In this document: positions 9,427 through 16,072 of the stretch, one piece after another
How positions within the stretch are numbered: position 1 is the first letter of the stretch
How the letters are laid out: every line of letters begins with the position of its first letter
Source of the DNA: a virus
Lineage: Duplodnaviria > Caudoviricetes
Length of the DNA: 53,437 nucleotides
Strand: one strand, 5' to 3'
Virus record (IMG/VR): IMGVR_UViG_3300037195_001613
Location: 1 to 53,437 of that record
Translations under genes and position numbers: made by a program
Notes under the pieces: generated by a model
What the model saw: only the letters and a program-made list of their open reading frames with translations
What the model was told of the DNA's origin: nothing
The model's database searches: none

Positions 9427-9585
9427 CTTTAAATTTTTAAATATAATTCCAATACACACTAAAGACAATATAGGACATAGGACTTGTACCCAATTCCATC
9501 CTATCTGACCTGTTAATTTCAAATAGATAAGCAGTAGAGTTAGATTAAGTATGAATTGCAGTACTTGGTTATTTTCTTTTCTCAT
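9421..9585 (-). CDS. small two-TM membrane protein (54 aa, not in ORF track)
   Basis: MRKENNQVLQFILNLTLLLIYLKLTGQIGWNWVQVLCPILSLVCIGIIFKNLKE; the LKLTGxIxWxWxxVLxP motif is recurrent in phage membrane proteins. Confidence 0.7.
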   Translation of the reverse strand: MRKENNQVLQFILNLTLLLIYLKLTGQIGWNWVQVLCPILSLVCIGIIFKNLKE

Positions 9586-9601
9586 TTAATTTTTTCTATT
9601 T

Positions 9602-9889
9602 TTAGCATTCTTTTTCTGCCACATTAAATAAATTATATACAGGGTGTGCGCTTTCACTGAACATAGGAATCAGCACCTTACTTGCTTTTAGGTATCCAAT
9701 TAGCAGTCCTCTAAGATAATATTTAAACCTCTTATTTAAATTCTGGTATGTCGACCTACTTGTGATATCTGTTTTGATATGGTAATGATACTTATTTAAC
9801 CTGTTATCGTGGTCCTTGAAATGCTCTAAAATATCTAACAAATCAACGATATAGATATTAATCCACTTCTTTTGTTCTTCTAATTTCAT
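9602..9889 (-). CDS. hypothetical protein (start trimmed to MKLEEQ)
   Basis: ORF in operon orientation. Confidence 0.5.
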   Translation of the reverse strand: MKLEEQKKWINIYIVDLLDILEHFKDHDNRLNKYHYHIKTDITSRSTYQNLNKRFKYYLRGLLIGYLKASKVLIPMFSESAHPVYNLFNVAEKEC

Positions 9890-10079
9890 TGAATTCGAAC
9901 TCTCTTTTGCAGCAAGTACAAGTAATAACACCAGTAATCATTTCAAATTCTGAGTTGCATGCTGGACATTTTAAATATAACCTATTTTCATATTCGTCTA
10001 ATTCAGCTTGTACCTCCTCCCGTCCATTTTCCAGTCCATCCTCATACCCGGCATCATATCCACTTGGGTATTGACTCAT
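9858..10079 (-). CDS. GYxxG-repeat plus Zn-ribbon hypothetical protein
   Basis: GYDAGYEDG; CPAC...CTCC. Confidence 0.65.
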   Translation of the reverse strand: MSQYPSGYDAGYEDGLENGREEVQAELDEYENRLYLKCPACNSEFEMITGVITCTCCKREFEFNEIRRTKEVD

Positions 10080-10363
10080 ATCTTACCCTCTCTGTCACAA
10101 TCTTTGCACTTATAGACAGTCCCTTTTGTATTTTTAATATTCTGACTATCACATATAGGACAACATTTTGTCTTGCCTCTTATCTCTACCATTTGCAGGA
10201 ATAGTCTCGCTGCTCTATCCACGTCTGGGTATGTTTGTTCGGTATGGATATGATTCGATAGTTTAACCAGATATGATTTAATTTTTTTAGGGGGCTTAGT
10301 CTCATACAGTGCAATTAAAATATCTTCAAGTAATAGAGTAGGATTGTATTGTTTGTATTTCAT
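10076..10363 (-). CDS. hypothetical protein with C-terminal Zn ribbon
   Basis: CPICDS...YKCKDC. Confidence 0.65.
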   Translation of the reverse strand: MKYKQYNPTLLLEDILIALYETKPPKKIKSYLVKLSNHIHTEQTYPDVDRAARLFLQMVEIRGKTKCCPICDSQNIKNTKGTVYKCKDCDREGKI

Positions 10364-10374
10364 ATGTCATTATT

Positions 10375-10587
10375 TTATTTATATCTTCTGTCACTACAAA
10401 AAGTTACTAAGTTATTGTATTCCTTCTCTCCTATCTTGTCTACCAAATGTGCACTTCGAACACCATTAGCCATTAATCCTTGAATAGCCTTTATCTGAGA
10501 TCCGGTTAGGTATTGTATAGCAAAATCGTATGCCTCTAACGAATCGTTTACTATCTTTATATGCTCTGGATTAAAATTTTGGGACAT
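10375..10587 (-). CDS. hypothetical protein
   Basis: Tightly packed ORF in operon orientation. Confidence 0.55.
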   Translation of the reverse strand: MSQNFNPEHIKIVNDSLEAYDFAIQYLTGSQIKAIQGLMANGVRSAHLVDKIGEKEYNNLVTFCSDRRYK

Positions 10588-10858
10588 AATGCTTTTTCGT
10601 TTGAGGTTCTGGTGATACTTCTACTTTAGTTAAGATCCTATCAATCAGAGCCTCTTCCTCATCTGCTCCAATGGAATGGTCTTTAATTGCTTTACATAAT
10701 AGCATCATATCTGGTAATGCGCTAATTTGCTGAGCTAATGCCCAGTTAGGAATACCAGAAGCAATCACAGTCGCCGATCCGAATTCTGGTTTTTCGATTA
10801 CGAGAAAACTATCGGTAGCATTATCTTTGACGTAGTACCAAAATCTATTGTTACTCAT
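10571..10858 (-). CDS. hypothetical early protein (start trimmed to MSNNRF)
   Basis: AQQISALPDM resembles the common phage A-x-LI-x-x-AP-(E/D)-L motif. Confidence 0.55.
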   Translation of the reverse strand: MSNNRFWYYVKDNATDSFLVIEKPEFGSATVIASGIPNWALAQQISALPDMMLLCKAIKDHSIGADEEEALIDRILTKVEVSPEPQTKKHYVPKF

Positions 10859-11171
10859 TGGGGGATTCCGTTGGTTTCTCATGAATAGTTAAATACAACT
10901 CCTCATATATTGGATTCCCTTTTAGGGAAGCTACTACCGTATTAATAAAGTCGTCCACAGATAAACTCGGCTCAAATCTACAAATAAAACTAACGTATAC
11001 AGTAGGGTATGCTTTAAATGTGTTAAAAGTAAAATGGTATGTCCAATTGGTCCTCTTATCATTTTGAAGTAATTCTACAGTAAGGCAAAATCTGTTTCCA
11101 TATACTGTTTCTCCCTTTACTCTATTTGAAAAAACCTTGTTCTTGTTCCGAGTAGGTTTTTGCTTTAGCAC
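10851..11171 (-). CDS. hypothetical protein
   Basis: ORF in operon orientation; start uncertain. Confidence 0.5.
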   Translation of the reverse strand: MLKQKPTRNKNKVFSNRVKGETVYGNRFCLTVELLQNDKRTNWTYHFTFNTFKAYPTVYVSFICRFEPSLSVDDFINTVVASLKGNPIYEELYLTIHEKPTESPNE

Positions 11172-11402
11172 ATATCATTCCCATTCTCTTTCTATCCAAT
11201 ACAATAATACTTACCACAATGAGAGCACATACTTTCTCCCTCAATAAAAGGGGGGAAGTAATCCACTACAATCACATACAATAGAAAGGGCATCTGAAAT
11301 TACTTGAATCAAAGGACTTACGTCTTTATCTGATATACAAGATGTTTCTGAATATAGAATCTCTTGTATTTTACATAATTCATTATATGTCATATCATTA
11401 CC

Positions 11403-11879
11403 TTAATAGTTGACTGGATCTCGGGAGTCAGCCGGCAGATCATAGCACAATACACTGTCTTCTCGAGTCGCGTCAAGAGGAGAATCCAAATCGCCTTGAT
11501 TGGGGTAGCAAGGCGAGCAGGGAGTGCACCATAGAAACGTCTGGGAATATACGACTTGTGTCACAAAAGGGCGTACCATAGCTGAGTACCCGTACTTATT
11601 AGTATCATTTGTAATGGGCTCATATTGATTTGTTGATTCGTTCACAGTCCAACCACCAATTAAGTAAACGGATTCATCGCATTCGTATCCATCAATCCAT
11701 TCCTGTACTTTATCGTCTTCTTCTTTTGTTCTATACAATTCATCAGGAGCTATTTCATTGTCCGCTAAGAACTCACTAAATGCTTCTTCAAAGGTCAAGT
11801 CAATAGCATCATTTGGTACCAGATCAGCAATGAAGTCTACTATACCATTATTGGATATAACACCTGTTCTAATCAACAT
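11403..11879 (-). CDS. acidic hypothetical early protein
   Basis: 158 aa; C-terminal CSPCYPNQGDLD motif. Confidence 0.7.
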   Translation of the reverse strand: MLIRTGVISNNGIVDFIADLVPNDAIDLTFEEAFSEFLADNEIAPDELYRTKEEDDKVQEWIDGYECDESVYLIGGWTVNESTNQYEPITNDTNKYGYSAMVRPFVTQVVYSQTFLWCTPCSPCYPNQGDLDSPLDATREDSVLCYDLPADSRDPVNY

Positions 11880-12030
11880 TCTTACAAGCCTTCCTAAAAT
11901 ACTCTTCTTTGAAATTATAATTATCTTCTTTAAACACAGGAATCAGGAAATTGATTATAGTTTCTTTCTCTTCTTTGGGATGGTGGAATTTTACATGCTC
12001 TGCAAATCTCGTATGATCTTTACGTGTCAT
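11869..12030 (-). CDS. small hypothetical protein (53 aa, not in ORF track)
   Basis: MTRKDHTRFAEHVKFHHPKEEKETIINFLIPVFKEDNYNFKEEYFRKACKNVD; fills the gap between coupled neighbours. Confidence 0.6.
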   Translation of the reverse strand: MTRKDHTRFAEHVKFHHPKEEKETIINFLIPVFKEDNYNFKEEYFRKACKNVD

Positions 12031-12322
12031 ATATATCACCTAATTCCCTTCTATAGAAATCATCTTCAAGACTATCAAATATAGGAAACTCTTCTCTTGC
12101 AATATCAATAGGATGCTGATCCATTAATGCGTCCCATTCTTGTTCCGCATAATATTGTGCCATATCTCCATAAAACGAGGGATAGGGTAATTCCCTTTTT
12201 ATCTGGTTTGCTTTCCTTATAAACATTTTAATGGTATTAATCAAATGGGTATCGGACATATCACATATGCGTATCTTCCTACCTTCTTTTGTAGTCCAAA
12301 GTTTAGTCTGTTTCCTTATCAT
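12020..12322 (-). CDS. hypothetical early protein
   Basis: WTTKEGRKIRICDMSDTHLINT motif, a recurrent small-phage-protein pattern. Confidence 0.7.
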   Translation of the reverse strand: MIRKQTKLWTTKEGRKIRICDMSDTHLINTIKMFIRKANQIKRELPYPSFYGDMAQYYAEQEWDALMDQHPIDIAREEFPIFDSLEDDFYRRELGDIYDT

Positions 12323-12417
12323 CCCCCCTTTTCCTTTAGATATATCATTAAAACACCAATAGTAAATGCTAATCCAAGTCCTGTAAAGGTTAGAAAAAAA
12401 TCCCCTACTTCATTCAC
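12319..12417 (-). CDS. possible 32-aa single-TM peptide
   Basis: GTG start, MNEVGDFFLTFTGLGLAFTIGVLMIYLKEKGG; ATGA overlap with the next gene. Confidence 0.4.
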   Translation of the reverse strand: MNEVGDFFLTFTGLGLAFTIGVLMIYLKEKGG

Positions 12418-13018
12418 TTAAATAAGGCACTCCAAATTGATCCATAGTGTCCTTCATTGCTTTTCTCAACTTAGGCAGTCTCTTCTTTAACCAAGATTCA
12501 ATTTCGGTCCACTGGCTATCTTTAAGAGTCTCTAATCTTTTATCATCATCTGACAGAGCACCAAACACTATAGTCGATTTAAATGCCTCTAACGGTTCCG
12601 GTTCTCCCTCTTTTCTGCCTTCTGGTTCTGAATGCTTGAATAGTTTAAAAACTCCTAAATACTTTTCAAACCAAAACTTAGCATTAGGTAAATAGTGCAT
12701 GGGTTCACCATTATCATATACACAGTGCCATTTTAGTAGCGGAGCCAAATCAGGGAATATTTTAATATCTTCTTTTGAAACAACGCCTCCTCCAACAATG
12801 CGGACCACTGCTGTTGGCCAATCTCTTTCGTCCATTTCTTTAGGTGGAGGGACTTGTACTCTTTTCTCTCCTGAATTATATCTATTTCTTGGTTCCGCAA
12901 TATCACATGTAATACTAAAATAAGGTGCTCTATTCCCTTTTATGAAACTGAATCCATATTTCAGTCGTATCCTATCATGACTACTCATATTTAATCTACG
13001 CCATTCAGTGTATATCAT
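12410..13018 (-). CDS. hypothetical early protein (start trimmed to MIYTEW)
   Basis: PYFSITCDI and KWHC...PMHYLPNA motifs; ATGA-coupled to the 13015-13122 minigene. Confidence 0.7.
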   Translation of the reverse strand: MIYTEWRRLNMSSHDRIRLKYGFSFIKGNRAPYFSITCDIAEPRNRYNSGEKRVQVPPPKEMDERDWPTAVVRIVGGGVVSKEDIKIFPDLAPLLKWHCVYDNGEPMHYLPNAKFWFEKYLGVFKLFKHSEPEGRKEGEPEPLEAFKSTIVFGALSDDDKRLETLKDSQWTEIESWLKKRLPKLRKAMKDTMDQFGVPYLSE

Positions 13019-13122
13019 TTCTTGTTTGTCCTTCTTGCTAACATTTCTGCCCAAGTACCGTTTGAAAAGATTACCCAAAACATAGTTTGGTCTACGTGCC
13101 CACACTTATTACACTTGTTCAT
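13015..13122 (-). pseudogene. internally deleted paralogue (35 aa) of the 14435-14662 gene
   Basis: MNKCNKCGHVDQTMFWVIFSNGTWAEMLARRTNKK versus MDKCSKCGHVIKQRMFWVIYSNGTWTE...EMLARRTNKKV; same AGGACAATCTAATG leader. Confidence 0.8.
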
Positions 13123-13133
13123 TAGATTGTCCT

Positions 13134-13181
13134 TCACATTGCTATAAAGACTGCTATATTACAAAATGAACCGTATTTCAT
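13134..13181 (-). pseudogene. internally deleted remnant (15 aa) of the 14649-15017 gene
   Basis: MKYGSFCNIAVFIAM versus MKY...GSLCDVACFIVIG; lies in the same order before the 13015-13122 remnant. Confidence 0.6.
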
Positions 13182-13276
13182 ATACGATCTCCTCTTTTTA
13201 TAGGTACTATCGGTGGTGATATACAATAGTATCTCCAACACCAAAAAGGAGCAAAATGGATTGTTAATTTGTTCAT
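13178..13276 (-). CDS. 32-aa peptide with SPPIVP motif
   Basis: AGGACAATCTAATG leader; MNKLTIHFAPFWCWRYYCISPPIVPIKRGDRI. Confidence 0.45.
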   Translation of the reverse strand: MNKLTIHFAPFWCWRYYCISPPIVPIKRGDRI

Positions 13277-13302
13277 TAGATTGTCCTTTGTTATAAAAAC
13301 TG

Positions 13303-14013
13303 CTAATTCCTCGGTATGATTGGAGGAGTAATGGTATCGTACCCGGTATCGTTTTCCCAAAAGAAAACAGAAATATACCAGGGTACCCATACCATATTAG
13401 TTAATTCTTCTACAGTTTTGGGTTGACGAGTAAAGCGCTTTTCTACAAAAAAAGTAACACTATGATCTACATATTGTTCTATGTCCTCAAAAGTTATTTG
13501 TTCTACTGCCCTTTCAATGGGAAAATGTGGTCCTTCGCAAGTATGTTCCACGTACAGATTATCTCTATCACATGCTTTCATGAACAATTCAAAAAGAATA
13601 TCAGTATCTATTTCTAAGTTTGTTTGGAAATTCCTTTCTATTTCCTTTTGAAAGTCATTTGCCGCGTAACTATTCCATGCGTTGCCTTCCTCCTCTAATT
13701 CATATTCAGATACTTTTTCTTCGTCAAGTATAAAAGAATATAGTAATGCTTCCTCCATTTGAGTGACTTCCGATTCTCTCGACGGGTGGACAAGAATAAT
13801 TTCAAACCAGCCATTGGCCCAATGGCCGAACCTATGTACCTCTACAGTCTCCGATTCTCCTCCTAATATCTCCAAAGCAGAATCGAAGTTTGCTCGGTCT
13901 TGAGGTTCTGAATCCCTATTTTGACCTGTAGATACTACCAGCCAGTCTTCCCTATCTATATCTAAAATGATATGGCAATCAAACCCCGTAGGTTTAAATT
14001 CTGAATATTTCAT
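13303..14013 (-). CDS. acidic hypothetical early protein
   Basis: 236 aa; VHRFGHWANGWFE motif; C-terminal TPPIIP tail. Confidence 0.75.
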   Translation of the reverse strand: MKYSEFKPTGFDCHIILDIDREDWLVVSTGQNRDSEPQDRANFDSALEILGGESETVEVHRFGHWANGWFEIILVHPSRESEVTQMEEALLYSFILDEEKVSEYELEEEGNAWNSYAANDFQKEIERNFQTNLEIDTDILFELFMKACDRDNLYVEHTCEGPHFPIERAVEQITFEDIEQYVDHSVTFFVEKRFTRQPKTVEELTNMVWVPWYISVFFWENDTGYDTITPPIIPRN

Positions 14014-14243
14014 AAAGTACTTCCCCTTACGGATTCGATAGATATTGATCTAAAATTATTTCTTATGATCTTATCCGGTATACCATAAACCTTATCATGA
14101 TCGTGGAAAATTTCCATTAACCAATTTTCTGAAGAGAAAACGTCATTTGCTTGATTACATAATGCAATGTAAGATTTTCCCTCAAGTACCGTTCCCGGAA
14201 GTCTTGATATTCCATACTCTACTCTATATAGAAAAGCTTTCAT
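14010..14243 (-). CDS. hypothetical protein
   Basis: Coupled to both neighbours. Confidence 0.55.
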   Translation of the reverse strand: MKAFLYRVEYGISRLPGTVLEGKSYIALCNQANDVFSSENWLMEIFHDHDKVYGIPDKIIRNNFRSISIESVRGSTL

Positions 14244-14244
14244 A

Positions 14245-14427
14245 TCATTTATCCTTGTTTGGAGTATCCATCCTAATTGTTACCCATACTTGCACATGAG
14301 CATACTTCTCATTGAAAATTGGGTAATGTACTTTACAATCGGGGCTTGTGAAGATTTGAGAAGACTCGAAATCCTTTTCCACTATACAATTCACTGCTCT
14401 ATTTCGTAGCTTATTTATATGATCCAT
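14245..14427 (-). CDS. hypothetical protein
   Basis: AGGA RBS; AHVQVWV motif. Confidence 0.55.
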   Translation of the reverse strand: MDHINKLRNRAVNCIVEKDFESSQIFTSPDCKVHYPIFNEKYAHVQVWVTIRMDTPNKDK

Positions 14428-14434
14428 ATCATTC

Positions 14435-14662
14435 CTATACTTTCTTGTTTGTCCTTCTTGCTAACATTTCACGACGTGCTTTGAAATACTTTCTGCTCGA
14501 TCGTTGAATATCTAAGACTTTAAGGTGAGGCCTGTCTACAGACGCAATATCAAATGCTTCGTCATTATTTCCTGCTTTAATTTCTGTCCAAGTACCGTTT
14601 GAATAAATGACCCAAAACATTCTTTGTTTTATTACGTGTCCGCACTTACTACATTTGTCCAT
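14435..14662 (-). CDS. hypothetical protein, 75 aa (start trimmed to MDKCSKC)
   Basis: GGAGG RBS; homology to the 13015-13122 copy begins at this ATG. Confidence 0.7.
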   Translation of the reverse strand: MDKCSKCGHVIKQRMFWVIYSNGTWTEIKAGNNDEAFDIASVDRPHLKVLDIQRSSRKYFKARREMLARRTNKKV

Positions 14663-15017
14663 TAGATTGTCCTCCAATAACAATAAAACAAGCAACATCA
14701 CATAACGAACCGTCTTCTCTTTCGAATAGCCGTGAAGAAGTAAATGCCCATCGCTTTTTACCTCCAATAGATATCCTACCTTCTCGATGATATCCTGATT
14801 CTTTTGGAGCGTACATAGTCCGCATACCATATACCTTACCGTCCAGATCAATTGCCAAGGCCTTTAGTCGGACGATTATTTGCCAGGGTCCCATAGTCTC
14901 TATTTCGAAACGTACATTATCATCAGGGTCTTTGGTACGTTCTGGTATGTTCCAGATATCATTCTTTGGTAGTTTCCATGCACCGCCGGAGTATTCTTCT
15001 GCTTGTGCGTATTTCAT
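14649..15017 (-). CDS. hypothetical early protein
   Basis: GGGAG RBS; 122 aa; GRISIGGKKRWAFTSS. Confidence 0.7.
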   Translation of the reverse strand: MKYAQAEEYSGGAWKLPKNDIWNIPERTKDPDDNVRFEIETMGPWQIIVRLKALAIDLDGKVYGMRTMYAPKESGYHREGRISIGGKKRWAFTSSRLFEREDGSLCDVACFIVIGGQSNGQM

Positions 15018-15442
15018 TTTGAATCTACTCCCAATGTAGTAGTAGTAGCGACGTGGTATCCGGACTCCGTCACCGTTACGGTCCAGTGTTCTTGGCCATA
15101 CGGGATGCCAGTGGCGTCATGTACAGGTCGGTGTACCTCCAGGTGTCCGCTATCCTCGAGGATCTCTAGTATATCGTCGTCCCAAAGCTCCAAGAAATGA
15201 CGGCCGTTATCGTATGTGACGATCTTGTGCAAACAGTTGATTTGGTCAGGTGTGAGCTTGGTCTCGGGCATGTCTGCCTCTGGAATAACAGGTGGAGTTA
15301 AAGTGTACCCATACCAACTTTGTGAGTAGTCGTTGTACTTGCCTATGCCAAACAACTTTTCCGGATCGTATCCTCTTGAGTCAATATACGCTTCGAAATA
15401 GATCGTTCCGCCATGGTAGCAAATAAAGCCGGGAGAAATCAT
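15014..15442 (-). CDS. hypothetical protein, probable fusion of a TPPVIP peptide (from ATG 15442) and a GC-rich module (internal ATG 15271)
   Basis: GAAAGGAA RBS before 15442; AGAGG before internal MPETK; GC content jumps in the 3' half. Confidence 0.6.
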   Translation of the reverse strand: MISPGFICYHGGTIYFEAYIDSRGYDPEKLFGIGKYNDYSQSWYGYTLTPPVIPEADMPETKLTPDQINCLHKIVTYDNGRHFLELWDDDILEILEDSGHLEVHRPVHDATGIPYGQEHWTVTVTESGYHVATTTTLGVDSK

Positions 15443-15535
15443 AGCATTCCTTTCTATAGTAGGTTTCCGTTTTAATCCGCCCAGCAAGTAACAATACCAT
15501 TTGAATCTACTCCCAATGTAGCGACGTGGTATCCG
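15018..15535. repeat. 36-bp direct repeat pair (15018-15062 and 15500-15535)
   Basis: tttgaatctactcccaatgta[gtagtagta]gcgacgtggtatccg; identical apart from a 9-bp triplet expansion in the left copy. Confidence 0.9.
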
Positions 15536-15714
15536 TCATATTCAACTTCAAACCAACTATGCCCATACTTTGCGTCTTCTCCCTTTGCCTTTTGTATAGT
15601 AGTCGTAAGTCTCAAATTATCTTGGTCTGCGTTATATGCTTCTTTGCATAATCTAATAACTTGGGATTGCCATTCACTTGGAAGGATTTGGAGATTGTAA
15701 TATTGTTTAGCCAT
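15472..15714 (-). CDS. hypothetical protein
   Basis: AGGA RBS; shares GYHVAT..LGVDS with the downstream gene. Confidence 0.6.
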   Translation of the reverse strand: MAKQYYNLQILPSEWQSQVIRLCKEAYNADQDNLRLTTTIQKAKGEDAKYGHSWFEVEYDGYHVATLGVDSNGIVTCWAD

Positions 15715-15723
15715 TCTATAGTC

Positions 15724-15936
15724 CTAATAAAAGATATCATAGTCGGGTCCGCTGTCGCTTTGGTCTTCTTCCTTTTCTTTGTTATTACGGTCTTGCTCTG
15801 AATAGTACCAGTTACGTCGTGCTTGTCGGTCCTCCTCTGTAATAATAGGTGGGTAGTGTATCGTGGGCGCTCCCCAAGTACAACCAAGTAGCAAACAACA
15901 TAGAGCGATAAGGCATGCGATATGTAAGAGTGACAT
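15724..15936 (-). CDS. possible lipoprotein or membrane peptide, first early gene (start trimmed to MSLLHIA)
   Basis: GGAGG RBS; hydrophobic N-terminus ending in lipobox-like LLGC; acidic tail. Confidence 0.55.
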   Translation of the reverse strand: MSLLHIACLIALCCLLLGCTWGAPTIHYPPIITEEDRQARRNWYYSEQDRNNKEKEEDQSDSGPDYDIFY

Positions 15937-16044
15937 AGTAGACCTCCGAGCGCGGGGAGAGAGTAGGGTAACCGACAACTCCCGAGTATCGGCCGAGGTA
16001 CCAGATACCTTGAGTCTCTTTTTTCCGAGAATCTCATGAGGTCC

Positions 16045-16072
16045 ATGATAACACGACACGAAAGATAGTCAA
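16045..16072 (-). promoter_or_regulatory. sigma70-like leftward early promoter
   Basis: TTGACT-N16-TATCAT with TG extension; AT-rich upstream; heads the minus-strand early cluster. Confidence 0.6.

Noticed and set aside
9450-9570. Weak apparent 5-nt periodicity next to the array
   Set aside because: Explained by the hydrophobic 9421-9585 CDS; no fixed-position consensus.
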